Positions 30,125 through 39,721 of a stretch of DNA of 64,000 nt are shown here, piece after piece. The translations under genes and the position numbers were made by a program. Below the pieces are notes generated by a model that saw only the letters and a list, made by a program, of their open reading frames with translations, did not search any database and had not been told where the DNA came from. The stretch spans positions 10,203-74,202 of the forward strand of contig JAXHNK010000004.1 in the NCBI GenBank assembly GCA_034520505.1. The letters run 5' to 3'. Within the stretch, counting starts at the first letter, position 1, and each line of letters starts with the position of its first letter. This DNA is from Anaerolineales bacterium (lineage in GTDB: Bacteria; Chloroflexota; Anaerolineae; Anaerolineales; UBA11858).

Positions 30125-30162
30125 ATACAAAAATGCTCCCCGGGGAGCATTTTTGTATTTAT
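30121..30162. terminator. Perfect 42-bp palindrome, bidirectional terminator between convergent trxA and histidine kinase
   Basis: ATAAATACAAAAATGCTCCCC|GGGGAGCATTTTTGTATTTAT; contains both stop codons. Confidence 0.85.
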
Positions 30163-30932
30163 CCCCATTTCATTTTTGGCGGTTTGGGTGCAGGTAATAT
30201 CACAGTAAATATGTTCCCTGAATCCAGCACCCGCAGTTCAATATCTCCCCCCAAAAACCTGGCCGACCTGCGGGCAACTGCCAAACCCAAGCCCATTCCC
30301 TCATAGCGCCTGGTCAGATAATTTTCAATCTGGCGAAAGTCCTCAAATATCAGGTCCTTTTTGCTCTCCGGAATTGGATCGGCCTGGTCTATAAATTCCA
30401 GCATTAATTTATCCCCAGAAACCTTTCCGATTACTTGAATTTCTCCGCTCTCCGGTGAAAATTTAGCTGCGTTCGAGAGAATATTCCGGAAAATCACTAT
30501 CAGGCTTTCACCATCATAGGAAGCTTGTTCAAACTGTGAAGAAAGCTCAACTGTCAGCTCGAGCTTTTTCTGATTAAGATCACGATCTAGCAAACCAACA
30601 GTTTGCCGCACCGCTTCCATAATTGGGATAGGGTTCAGATGATCAACCGATTTACCCCGTTGTAAACGGGCAAAATCGGTTAATTCCTGGATAATGCGAA
30701 TTATCCTTCGGGTATTTTTTTGAGCAACTTCCAGATATTCTTTAGCTTCAAGATTATCCTCTTGCAGCGCTTCCAGTCCTAAATCCAAATAACCGGAGAT
30801 CAAATTAGCTGGAGTTCTTAGTTCATGACTGACCAGGGCAACAAAACTGTTCTTTAGGTGATCAAGTTCCTGCAGGCGATCCCGGACCTGGTCCCGATCT
30901 TCCTTAGAATTGCTTAGATCATTCATGATCAC
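30159..30932 (-). CDS. Sensor-less histidine kinase (HisKA + HATPase_c)
   Basis: SHELRTP, NILSNAAKFS and GMGLGLAV motifs; G1 box degenerate (DQADPI). Confidence 0.9.
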   Translation of the reverse strand: MIMNDLSNSKEDRDQVRDRLQELDHLKNSFVALVSHELRTPANLISGYLDLGLEALQEDNLEAKEYLEVAQKNTRRIIRIIQELTDFARLQRGKSVDHLNPIPIMEAVRQTVGLLDRDLNQKKLELTVELSSQFEQASYDGESLIVIFRNILSNAAKFSPESGEIQVIGKVSGDKLMLEFIDQADPIPESKKDLIFEDFRQIENYLTRRYEGMGLGLAVARRSARFLGGDIELRVLDSGNIFTVILPAPKPPKMKWG

Positions 30933-31282
30933 TTCCTGTCTAAAAATTCGAGCACAGAAGTTAATACTTCCTCAGGGCTTTCTTGATCGGTATTGATGAT
31001 TAAATCTGCGTGATCACGGGCATGACCCAGCCGGGCCACTTGCTTGTTGAATATAGCTTCTTGCCAGTTGGAATCGGTCCGCTCCCTTGATACCGGGAAG
31101 GACACATCCAGATAAATCAAATAATCAGGATCCACCAAAAGCTCCCACATCTGAGGAACATAGGAGTGTTCTTGCGCAACATGCCTGGCCCGGAAGCCGT
31201 GATCTTTTAACCCAGAAATCAACGTCGTCTTTCCGGCTGCACAGGGTCCGACAACCGCAATTACTGGCCGTTTGTGGTTCAT
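30929..31282 (-). CDS. Small hypothetical P-loop protein (nucleotide-kinase-like)
   Basis: IAVVGPCAAGKTT, LIYLDVS and ADLIINTD; overlaps both neighbours by 4 bp. Confidence 0.8.
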   Translation of the reverse strand: MNHKRPVIAVVGPCAAGKTTLISGLKDHGFRARHVAQEHSYVPQMWELLVDPDYLIYLDVSFPVSRERTDSNWQEAIFNKQVARLGHARDHADLIINTDQESPEEVLTSVLEFLDRK

Positions 31283-31995
31283 TTTCCCAGATTATTAACA
31301 GGCAGTTGAACTGTCATCCTCCGGATTAGATTTTCGCTTCCTGGTACGACCCGCAAGACCACAATGCTGATATCATCCCGCGGTCTTCCCCGATCCAGCT
31401 TTAACGCATGAGCGATCAAGGAATCAGCTATTTTTTTCGGGGATGGGTTTTCCTCTTCTAACTCTACTTTCAAACAGGTCGCCACATCCATCGAATCGCC
31501 GTAATAAGTTCCAGCGTAAACCAGCCCGTCAGAATAAGCTGCCACGGTTAAGCCCACATCCAGGGGAACCTCGGTAATTATCGGCCGGGTATCTCTCCGC
31601 AAGCCAACAGGACATGATTCAGCTGTCAGCATTTTTATGTTATCCCCATAGGCAAGGACAACCGGAGCTGGATTGTTCCTGGTAATAACCAGGGTTCCGG
31701 TTTGCAAATCAGCTGAAATTATATTCAGGGTAGCTGAAACCCGACCATCACGCTCAGTGAATAAAGCATCTGAAGCTGCCCGGGCAGCAGCTCCATCTCT
31801 GACTCCATCAGCCAGAAACTGGATCACTTTTCTGACCACAAGAGAAGAAACCCATTTCGCTCCCTTCCCTGAGCTCTGTCCATCGGCAAGCACAACTGAC
31901 ATCCCACCGTTAGGACGTTCAATGACCTCAGCGGTATCACCGCTGGATGAAACGGCATATTTCCTGATTTTTGAAATCGCTATTTGTACTTCCAT
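31279..31995 (-). CDS. SpoIIE/PP2C-family Ser/Thr phosphatase
   Basis: SGD, VVLADGQSSG, YSDGL and RDDISIVV motifs. Confidence 0.9.
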   Translation of the reverse strand: MEVQIAISKIRKYAVSSSGDTAEVIERPNGGMSVVLADGQSSGKGAKWVSSLVVRKVIQFLADGVRDGAAARAASDALFTERDGRVSATLNIISADLQTGTLVITRNNPAPVVLAYGDNIKMLTAESCPVGLRRDTRPIITEVPLDVGLTVAAYSDGLVYAGTYYGDSMDVATCLKVELEEENPSPKKIADSLIAHALKLDRGRPRDDISIVVLRVVPGSENLIRRMTVQLPVNNLGK

Positions 31996-32064
31996 GGTGA
32001 AATTCTACTTTACTCTGTTGATTTTAGAAAGGCTCCCTTATACCGTCAGCCAGAATTCTGGTCC

Positions 32065-33432
32065 TCATACAAACCTCAGCAGGAAGGGCAAAAAGGCTTT
32101 AGCCAGGCTGAGAAAGATCAAAAATCCTAAGCTGTCGGTAATCGCTGTGACCAGGACAGTGGAAGCCATGGCAGGATCCTGGCCGATAAAATCAAGAAAA
32201 GCCGGGGCCAGTGTTCCTACAATGCTGGCTACCAGGATATTTCCCAGAAGAGCGAGACCCATGACCAGTCCCAGGGGGGGATTTGCCTGCCAGATTCCCA
32301 CCCCGACACCCACGATTACACCGATCAAAGATCCGATGAGCAAACCGACAAATATCTGTCGAAGCATAATTGCCCAGATTCTCTTTTTACTGATTCTATC
32401 CAGCGCCAGGCCTCTGACGATCATCGCCACATTTTGATTGGCAGCGCTTCCACCCTGGGAGGCTACCACAGACTGGAAGAACGCCAATACAGCTATTTGG
32501 AGGAATAAATCCCCAAAATTACTGATAATCCAGGAGGCGAATAAAGCCGTGATCGTGTTAAGTAAAAGCCAGGGCAGCCGTCCGCCCAGCTGACTGATTA
32601 CTTTGCTTTCTACCTCGATATCTGCATCAGATACACTGGCCAGCCGGTAGATGTCTTCTGTGCTCTCATCCACCAGGACATCAAGAATATCATCGTGGGA
32701 GATCACACCAACCAGCAGATTGTTTTGGTCAACTACCGGCAGCGCAGAGAGGTCATAATGTTTCATCAAGCGGGCGGCCTCTTCCTGATCTTCCATCGCA
32801 TCAATTTGTATAACATGAGTGCTCATCAAATCCGAGATTTTTTGATCGGGATCTGCAATTACCAATTCCCGCAATCCGGTGACCCCGATTAAATTTCCCT
32901 CGTTCCCCACGACAAACAAATAGTAAGGTACGTCGGATTCCTTAGAAGTCGTCCGTATATATTGGATGGCAGATTGGGCAGTCTCGCCCGGATCCAGGAC
33001 CAGATAATCCGTGGTCATCCGCCCACCGGCTGTTTCATCCGGGTAGCGAAGCAGAGGAAGGATTTCACCGGGTTCATCCATGAGTGAAATGGTTTTCCGG
33101 ACATCCTGACCAGATAAATCCCCCAGCAGGTCAGCTGCTTCATCCGGATCCATATCATCGATGATATCGGCCAGGAAGGGCAGAGGCAAATTAGCTGCAG
33201 CGTCCAGGGTTTGCCGGTCATCCAACTCATCAAAAATATCAGCGATATCCGGTATTTCCATCGCTGTCAGCAGTTGGCGTCTTTCATCCCTGGATAGAGA
33301 AATGAAAAATTTTGCTTGATCTGCTGGATGGATCTTGCTAAACTTCTCAGCAGCAGCTGAGAAGTTTTCCTTCTCAACATATCGTTTTAGTTCAGAAATT
33401 ATAATGGGTGATGCATCTAAATACTCTGGCAT
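32065..33432 (-). CDS. mgtE: Magnesium transporter MgtE
   Basis: HPADQA, YPDETAGGRMTT, CBS pair, RLPWLLLN and DPAMAS..TAITD motifs. Confidence 0.95.
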   Translation of the reverse strand: MPEYLDASPIIISELKRYVEKENFSAAAEKFSKIHPADQAKFFISLSRDERRQLLTAMEIPDIADIFDELDDRQTLDAAANLPLPFLADIIDDMDPDEAADLLGDLSGQDVRKTISLMDEPGEILPLLRYPDETAGGRMTTDYLVLDPGETAQSAIQYIRTTSKESDVPYYLFVVGNEGNLIGVTGLRELVIADPDQKISDLMSTHVIQIDAMEDQEEAARLMKHYDLSALPVVDQNNLLVGVISHDDILDVLVDESTEDIYRLASVSDADIEVESKVISQLGGRLPWLLLNTITALFASWIISNFGDLFLQIAVLAFFQSVVASQGGSAANQNVAMIVRGLALDRISKKRIWAIMLRQIFVGLLIGSLIGVIVGVGVGIWQANPPLGLVMGLALLGNILVASIVGTLAPAFLDFIGQDPAMASTVLVTAITDSLGFLIFLSLAKAFLPFLLRFV

Positions 33433-33529
33433 AAAAAATCCCTTGATTAAACAATGAAAACCTGGGGTGGGGCTCTGAAACCTTGCAACCAGGTTTATAC
33501 CTGCGGTGCTTATTTGACCTTTGCGCCTC

Positions 33530-33757
33530 TCAGCTGCTTAAAACTTCGACTTCCACACCTTTTTCTCTCAGCCATTTCAAGGCACTCTCAATCTCGGCAC
33601 TTTTCCCCGCAATCTGAATATCCATCCACCCTTTTTCGTCTGAAACGTTAGCCCGGAGAATATTTACCGTAAAGGAATATTCCCGGAGCATAAGGTTGAT
33701 GATCGGTTCGTCCTGCAGGCGGGAAGGAAAAATCAACCGGATTGTCTGACTCGGCAT
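33530..33757 (-). CDS. Stand-alone NIL domain protein
   Basis: EPIINLMLREYSFTVNILRANV...GVEVEVL resembles the MetN C-terminal NIL domain; GAGG RBS. Confidence 0.85.
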   Translation of the reverse strand: MPSQTIRLIFPSRLQDEPIINLMLREYSFTVNILRANVSDEKGWMDIQIAGKSAEIESALKWLREKGVEVEVLSS

Positions 33758-33878
33758 CTAAACCTCGCTTTTTCATCTTTATTTTAACACGATTTTTGTG
33801 CTTTATCGAACGAAATCGGGATCCATCAAACCGTTATTCAGGTTTTTGCCCGGGAAAAAATAGCCCCCTGATTGAGTT

Positions 33879-34910
33879 TCAGCTGGCGTCGCTCGCCAGC
33901 TGACCACAGCCTGCTTGAATTTCAATTCCCCTCCGCAGTCGAATGGTGCAGGGAACACCCCGGGATCGAAGAGTTTGCTGGAATTTCCTGGCCCGATCCT
34001 CAGCAGTCGGTTCACCGGGATATCTAGCAGTGGGGTTGAGGGGAATCAGATTGACATGAGCCAGCATTCCCTGAAGCAAATCAGCTAAACGCCGAGCCTG
34101 CTCCACGGAATCATTAACTTGATTGATCAATGCCCACTCAAATGTTATTCTCCTGTTTGTCTGGTCCACATAATTTGCACAGGCTGCCATCAAATCCTCT
34201 ACAGGATATTTATCATTAATGGGCATCATTGAAGATCTGAGGTCATTGCTTGTCGCATGTAATGAAACAGCCAGGTTAACTTGTGTATTCTCAGCGGTGA
34301 AACGTTCGATTCCTGGAATAACTCCTACCGTGGATATAGTAATCCTTCTTGCCCCCATATTCATCCCCTGGTCATGGGTCAATCTATGGACAGCCTCCAT
34401 CACCGCCTGATAATTATGAAAAGGTTCCCCCATACCCATAAATACGACATTGGTAAGAGCGTCTTGCTCTTCAGCCAGCTGGCGGGTGAAGAAAACTACC
34501 TGCTCGACAATTTCCCCAGCTGTGAGATGTCTCTTAAATCCCATTTGCCCGGTAGCGCAAAAATCACAGCCCATAGCGCAGCCCGCCTGGCTGGAAATAC
34601 ACAGCGTGTTCCGGTCATCATAACGCATCAAGACTGTCTCTATCGCATCCCCATCCTCCAGACGGAAGAGAACCTTCTGGGTGTTTTTGTCAGTGGAATA
34701 GATGGCCTGATCCTCTATCAGGGAATGGAACTTGAAATTTCGCTGGAGTTTTTCCCGGAGCTCGAGGGAAAAAACAGTAAATTGATCTGCGTCTGCATAG
34801 TAATGCTGATACAAGCCATTCCACAACTGGGTTAAACGGTAGGTTGGTTCACCCCATGAATCTATGAGTTTACCCAGTTCCTGGTAGCTGCAGTTATAAA
34901 GAGATTTCAT
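33879..34910 (-). CDS. rlmN: Dual-specificity RNA methyltransferase RlmN (radical SAM)
   Basis: CISSQAGCAMGCDFCATG, MGMGEP, LAVSLHA and AGCGQL motifs. Confidence 0.97.
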   Translation of the reverse strand: MKSLYNCSYQELGKLIDSWGEPTYRLTQLWNGLYQHYYADADQFTVFSLELREKLQRNFKFHSLIEDQAIYSTDKNTQKVLFRLEDGDAIETVLMRYDDRNTLCISSQAGCAMGCDFCATGQMGFKRHLTAGEIVEQVVFFTRQLAEEQDALTNVVFMGMGEPFHNYQAVMEAVHRLTHDQGMNMGARRITISTVGVIPGIERFTAENTQVNLAVSLHATSNDLRSSMMPINDKYPVEDLMAACANYVDQTNRRITFEWALINQVNDSVEQARRLADLLQGMLAHVNLIPLNPTARYPGEPTAEDRARKFQQTLRSRGVPCTIRLRRGIEIQAGCGQLASDAS

Positions 34911-35724
34911 CCTTTTCCCTCAACATTGCGATCATCTCAATGATATTATCTGCCATTAAATCAGGGGGAGGCCTGAAGTTTTCTCCTTCCTTTCTGGTGG
35001 TCACTCCTGAAAAAACCAGGCCGGTACGGCAGCCTGCCAGCTGAGCGCCCCGGATGTCTGTTTCCAGGCGATCACCGATCATCAGAACTTCCTCTGAACT
35101 GCATCCCATGCGGTCCAGCGCAACCTGGAAAATTTCTGATCGGGGTTTTCCCATGATCAAGGGCTTTACCCCGGAAGCTGTTTCAATCGCTTTTAATACA
35201 ACTCCTGCTCCCGGAGACAAACCTTCCGGGGTAGGATAAGTTTTATCAGGGTTGGTTCCAATAAAGGGTATTCCGCTCCTGATCAACTCCGCTGCCCGTT
35301 CGATTTTCCGATAGGTCAATTCTCGATCCATCCCGGCAACAACAGCCAAAATTGAATCTTCTTCTTTTCCAATCTCGCTTTGATGATAGAAACCTTTTTC
35401 CTTCAGCGCTTGATTTAAGCCGTTTTCTCCCACAACATAAACCGGTCCGCCCTGCGGAAAACGCTCTTCAAGATAGTTCCCAGCAGCTTCTGAGCTGTTC
35501 AACACCTGCCAAGTTTCCAATTCAACCCCAAATTGACTGAGCCTATCCAGATAAAATGCAGGGGTTTTGGTCGAGTTATTGGTGACAGCCATGACCCGCA
35601 AATCCATCTCCTTCAACTGGAAAAAGATATCTTCTAAGTCCGCCAGTGGTTGATCACCTCTCCAGAGGACACCATCCATATCCAGGATAATCCCTTTGAT
35701 AATCTGTGAGCCTATTTTAATCAT
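34894..35724 (-). CDS. HAD-IIA family hydrolase (NagD-like)
   Basis: DMDGVLW, TNNS, TNPD, GKP and IGDRLETDI motifs. Confidence 0.93.
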   Translation of the reverse strand: MIKIGSQIIKGIILDMDGVLWRGDQPLADLEDIFFQLKEMDLRVMAVTNNSTKTPAFYLDRLSQFGVELETWQVLNSSEAAGNYLEERFPQGGPVYVVGENGLNQALKEKGFYHQSEIGKEEDSILAVVAGMDRELTYRKIERAAELIRSGIPFIGTNPDKTYPTPEGLSPGAGVVLKAIETASGVKPLIMGKPRSEIFQVALDRMGCSSEEVLMIGDRLETDIRGAQLAGCRTGLVFSGVTTRKEGENFRPPPDLMADNIIEMIAMLREKDEISL

Positions 35725-35748
35725 GGTCCCTTTTCTCGTTGATTGATT

Positions 35749-35784
35749 TAAAAAAACAGCCCGATTCCAGATGGAATCGGGCTG
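35749..35784 (-). terminator. Intrinsic terminator downstream of clpP
   Basis: On the minus strand CAGCCCGATTCCA-TC-TGGAATCGGGCTG followed by a T-run. Confidence 0.85.
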
Positions 35785-35799
35785 GACGCTTTTCTTTCT

Positions 35800-36441
35800 T
35801 TATTCTTCTTTATCTTGGGTATTTTGATCCTTAGTTATTTTTTTGTTGGGCTCTAAAACTTTATCAACCAGGCCGTAAGCTGTGGCCTGTTCAGCATTTA
35901 GCCAGTAATCCCGTTCAGTGTCTTCTTTAATTTTATCCACTGGCTGTCCAGTGTGATCAGCCAGGATTTGATTAAGCTTGGACCTTAAGCGCAAGATTTC
36001 ATTGGCTTGAATTTCAATATCCGTGGCCTGGCCCTGAGCCCCGCCCAGGGGTTGATGGATATGCATCGTGGCGTGGGGCAGGGCAAAACGCTGACCCTTG
36101 GTTCCCGCGGTGAGCAGCACCGTTCCAAAGGATGCAGTCACTCCTACTGCCACGGTGTTTATCGGATTTGAAATCATCTGCATGGTATCGTAAATAGCTA
36201 AACCTGCATATACCTGGCCCCCGGGGGAATTGATATACATCTGGATAGGCGCTTCGGAATCTTCACTGCTCAGGTAAAGAAGCTGAGCCACGATCAGGTT
36301 AGCTGTCTGATCGGATATCGGGGTTCCCACAAAGACGATTCGCTCTTTTAACAACAGCGAATATATATCATAAGCCCGCTCTCTATGTCCGGATTTCTCA
36401 ATGACCATAGGTATTAGTGATTGGGGGATCATATCATTCAT
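35800..36441 (-). CDS. clpP: ATP-dependent Clp protease proteolytic subunit
   Basis: [22 protein letters not shown] (Ser), HQP (His) and ERD (Asp); ATG at 36441 after GGAGG. Confidence 0.96.
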   Translation of the reverse strand: MNDMIPQSLIPMVIEKSGHRERAYDIYSLLLKERIVFVGTPISDQTANLIVAQLLYLSSEDSEAPIQMYINSPGGQVYAGLAIYDTMQMISNPINTVAVGVTASFGTVLLTAGTKGQRFALPHATMHIHQPLGGAQGQATDIEIQANEILRLRSKLNQILADHTGQPVDKIKEDTERDYWLNAEQATAYGLVDKVLEPNKKITKDQNTQDKEE

Positions 36442-36497
36442 AAAACCTCCGTTGCTATACATCCCGGGTTAAACAATCAGCATCGCCCGAGTATTGG

Positions 36498-37973
36498 TTA
36501 ATTTTCTGATGCCTCACTATCTTCATCTTCTTCCTGAATATTTTCGTGTCCCTGGGAGAGGTCCTCAGTTTCAGACGGCTCTTCGTTTTCGCTCTCTTCT
36601 TCTGCCGGTTCTTCTTCTTGTTTCAAATACTCTGTGGCGTCTTCTCCCTTCGCCAGTGCGATCAGGTAGTCCATGGTCCGCTGCGATATCATCTGAGAAC
36701 TGACCTGATTTAGCAAATTCATCGATTCCCCACTGGCCATAAAATTTTTCCGTTCCTCGGAATCCTCCTCTCCAAAGTGGTCATCAAGGATTTGCTGGTA
36801 CTGACCGGTGATCTCTTCGGGTTTGATGTCCAAATCTTCGCTGTCCGCTATTTTTCCCAGAATCAAACCACGCTCAATTCGCTTTTTTGCTTGAGGCCGG
36901 ATCTGATCCCTCAGGTCATCTTCAGACATTTCCTGCATCTCCAGGTACATTTCTAATTCCATACCCTGGGACTGCAAGCGCTGACCCAATTCTTGAATTT
37001 CGCCATTGACCTCGTTCTCCAGCATCTGAGGGGGGAATTTTACGGTGGCATCATTCAGGATTTCGTCAAAAATCTGGTTGAGATATTCATTGTTATCATC
37101 CTGCAAGGATTTCGCTTCCAGATCGGTACGGATTTCTTCCAGGAGCTGCTCAACAGTTTCGAACTCACTGATCTCCTTGACCAGCTCGTCATTGACCTCC
37201 GGGAGGACCCGCTCTCGAATACCTTCTATATTGACCGTATACAATACTTCTTTTCCCCTGATTTCCTCAGAAATATCCTCCCGATCATCATGAGTGTAGG
37301 TTAATTCCAGGAAATCTCCTGGAGAGGCTCCCAGCAGTTGTCGGGAGAAACCCGGGAAAGGCCACTCTTTGCTGTCGTCTTCTTCCGTAGTTTTGACCAT
37401 TACCGGCAGAGGTTGGTTGATCATAATCTGAGCATCTTCATCGTCAGGTTCGGCCTCGGCTAAACGGCCGCTCAGTGAGGTATCCACAATATTGGTCTCT
37501 TCCGCAGGATGGTCGACTTCTTCAATTACTGCCTGCTGAGAAACAATTTGTTTGACGACCTCATCTACATCGCTGTCGGTTACTTCACTGCTCTCATAAG
37601 CGATTCTGATATCCTGATATTTTCCCAGATCCACTTCGGGCTGCAGCGGGATGACAAATTCGAACACCGGGGGCTCAAGGGAAGTAACTTCCTTCAATTG
37701 TCCGGGCCCATAGGGTTCCTGTTCAACTTCATCAAGGATCTGGGGATAGATCTCATCCAGATAGTTTTCCAGGGCTTGATCAATAATAGCCCCTTCTCCA
37801 AAATGGTTAACTATGAGCTTATACGGAGCTTTCCCGGGACGGTATCCGGGAATCTTTTTATCTTTAGACAATTCCTTGGCAGCCAGATACTTCGCTTTAT
37901 CAAAGGAGTCCTGATCGGTTTCAACAACCAACTCCAGCTGATGATCATCCAAGACTTTTTTTTCAATTTTCAA
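36498..37973 (-). CDS. tig: Trigger factor
   Basis: IPGYRPGKAP ribosome-binding motif; acidic; upstream of clpP. Confidence 0.93.
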   Translation of the reverse strand: MKIEKKVLDDHQLELVVETDQDSFDKAKYLAAKELSKDKKIPGYRPGKAPYKLIVNHFGEGAIIDQALENYLDEIYPQILDEVEQEPYGPGQLKEVTSLEPPVFEFVIPLQPEVDLGKYQDIRIAYESSEVTDSDVDEVVKQIVSQQAVIEEVDHPAEETNIVDTSLSGRLAEAEPDDEDAQIMINQPLPVMVKTTEEDDSKEWPFPGFSRQLLGASPGDFLELTYTHDDREDISEEIRGKEVLYTVNIEGIRERVLPEVNDELVKEISEFETVEQLLEEIRTDLEAKSLQDDNNEYLNQIFDEILNDATVKFPPQMLENEVNGEIQELGQRLQSQGMELEMYLEMQEMSEDDLRDQIRPQAKKRIERGLILGKIADSEDLDIKPEEITGQYQQILDDHFGEEDSEERKNFMASGESMNLLNQVSSQMISQRTMDYLIALAKGEDATEYLKQEEEPAEEESENEEPSETEDLSQGHENIQEEDEDSEASEN

Positions 37974-38041
37974 AATTACCTCACTTATTAGGGCCTGTAA
38001 ATTAGGCTGTCAGATTAATGAATTTTACTCTTTTTTCCAAA

Positions 38042-38124
38042 TGGGGAAGGTGGGGGTCGAACCCACACGCCGCATGGGCACATGATCCTAAGTCATGCCT
38101 GTCTGCCAATTCCAGCACTTCCCC
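38042..38124 (-). tRNA. tRNA-Leu (anticodon TAG), CCA not encoded
   Basis: GGGGAAGTGCTGGAATTGGCAGACAGGCATGAC-T-TAG-GA-TCATGTGCCCATGCGGCGTGTGGGTTCGACCCCCACCTTCCCCA; cloverleaf with long variable arm. Confidence 0.96.
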
Positions 38125-38146
38125 CCGCCGCGAAAGGTGCGGAAAA

Positions 38147-38175
38147 ATTATAAGCGAGAGCCCACAGCTAGTCAA
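38147..38175 (-). promoter_or_regulatory. Sigma70-type promoter for tRNA-Leu/tig/clpP
   Basis: TTGACT-17 nt-TATAAT on the minus strand. Confidence 0.75.
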
Positions 38176-38226
38176 TAAATCAACTATAATAGTTTTATTA
38201 ACCGAATCAGGAAAAAGGATAACTGC

Positions 38227-38796
38227 ATGTTTGATCACTTTGGAATTTTAGCCCCCTTTTATGAAAACTTTATCAAAGCAGAGCGTCCCGATGCGCTCAT
38301 CAAGCTGGCGGATCTGCCCATCGAGGGCGCGCTGCTGGATGTCGGTGGGGGCACGGGGCGGGTATCTCAATTTCTCACCGACCTGGCTCCGCAAGTGATC
38401 GTAGCTGATCTCTCCTTAAAAATGCTGGTTGAAACCCAATTCAAAGACAATTTGCTGGCCGCTGCCTCCCACAGTGAGAAACTTCCCTTTCCTGATCAGA
38501 GTTTTGAGCGGATCATTATGATTGATGCTTTACATCATGTCTGCGATCAACAGCTAACGGCGGATGAGCTGTGGAGGGTGTTGAAACCCGGCGGCAAAAT
38601 TATTTTAGAAGAACCCAATTTCAATCTCTGGTTTATAAAAATCCTCGCTTTGGCTGAAAAATTAGCCCTGATGCGCAGTCATTTTCTTTCCCCGGAGAAA
38701 ATCAGGGACCTGTTCGATCCTTTTCCGGCCAAAACCTACATTGCCGACGAGGGTTATATTTCCCGGGTGGTTATTACTAAAACAATAGACCCCTAG
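38227..38796 (+). CDS. Class I SAM-dependent methyltransferase (UbiE-like)
   Basis: LLDVGGGTG, LPFPDQSFE and RVLKPGG motifs. Confidence 0.92.
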   Translation: MFDHFGILAPFYENFIKAERPDALIKLADLPIEGALLDVGGGTGRVSQFLTDLAPQVIVADLSLKMLVETQFKDNLLAAASHSEKLPFPDQSFERIIMIDALHHVCDQQLTADELWRVLKPGGKIILEEPNFNLWFIKILALAEKLALMRSHFLSPEKIRDLFDPFPAKTYIADEGYISRVVITKTIDP

Positions 38797-38826
38797 ACAA
38801 TTGCTAATTAATTCAACCGCAGTTAA

Positions 38827-38970
38827 AATTTAGGCAGCTGGCTAAACCTGGAAAATCCTCAGCAGCTGGTTAAAAAGGCGGTGAAATTGGACAGCGCTGC
38901 AGAAATCCAGGAACTGGCCAGGAATGAACTGCCCCAGGTTGAGAAGGGGGGATGGGAAAACCAACTATAG
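38827..38970 (+). pseudogene. Probable 3'-terminal remnant of a PTS enzyme I (PtsI)-like gene
   Basis: Open frame without a plausible start reading NLGSWLNLENPQQLVKKAVKLDSAAEIQELARNELPQV...*; resembles the PtsI C-terminal helices (recognised by eye only). Confidence 0.35.
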
Positions 38971-38994
38971 AACTTAATAAAAAAGGAACAAAAC

Positions 38995-39654
38995 ATGCTC
39001 CTCGTTGAACAAAGAGAAAAAATCATTTCTATCAGCCTGCGGTTGATGGCTGAAAAGTGTGTTGCTGACGGTCAGGGAAATCTGAGCATTATGGATCGTG
39101 TACAAAACCTGATCGCAATTACCCCCAGCGCTGTCCCTTACCAGGTTCGGGAACCGGAAGATATTTGCGTAGTTGACCCTCAGGGCAATTTAATAGAAGG
39201 AAATTGGAAACCAACCAGTGAGATGGCGCTTCATCTGGTTTTTTACCGACGAAGGGCAGATATCAGCGCTGTCGTTCACACCCACGCTCCAAATTCCACA
39301 GTTTTTGGCATTATTGGTGATGAGCCCATGCCCATGGTTTTAAATGAGGCCGCCATGGGATTAGGTGGAGCTGTCCCGATTGCCCCCTATGCCCGACCTG
39401 GTACAGAACGCCTGGCTGAATTAACCTGTGAAGCAACCGGTGACGGAATCGCCGTGATCATGGCCCATCATGGTTTGGTCACCATCGGCGACACCCTGGA
39501 GCACGCTTATACTGCGACAACAGCTGCAGAAGCGACAGCCCAGGCGATCATTCTAGCCCGTTCCATGGGAGCTAGTGTTCAGAGCCTGGAGGATGAGGAA
39601 GTCAAATCCCTCCGGAAAATGTACCTGGGGTATCGACCCCAGAGCATTGACTGA
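38995..39654 (+). CDS. Class II aldolase/adducin family protein (FucA-like)
   Basis: GNLS, ITPS, PTSEMALH, VVHTH and HHG motifs. Confidence 0.92.
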   Translation: MLLVEQREKIISISLRLMAEKCVADGQGNLSIMDRVQNLIAITPSAVPYQVREPEDICVVDPQGNLIEGNWKPTSEMALHLVFYRRRADISAVVHTHAPNSTVFGIIGDEPMPMVLNEAAMGLGGAVPIAPYARPGTERLAELTCEATGDGIAVIMAHHGLVTIGDTLEHAYTATTAAEATAQAIILARSMGASVQSLEDEEVKSLRKMYLGYRPQSID

Positions 39655-39721
39655 GATCAGAGCAGGACCCATCCGGGACTCAACAAATCAACCAGCTTTG
39701 TCCCTCGCGCTTCGTATAGGT

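Noticed and set aside
31673-32437. Long antisense or overlapping ORFs (e.g. 31673-32437, 19253-19945, 34281-34835, 63304-63861)
   Set aside because: They are shadows of well-supported genes on the opposite strand, with no recognisable motifs.
33433-33529. M-box (ykoK) riboswitch upstream of mgtE
   Set aside because: The intergenic region is under 100 nt with only a short imperfect hairpin, too small for an M-box.
38002-38251. Short ORFs on both strands over the tRNA
   Set aside because: They overlap tRNA-Leu and its promoter; spurious.
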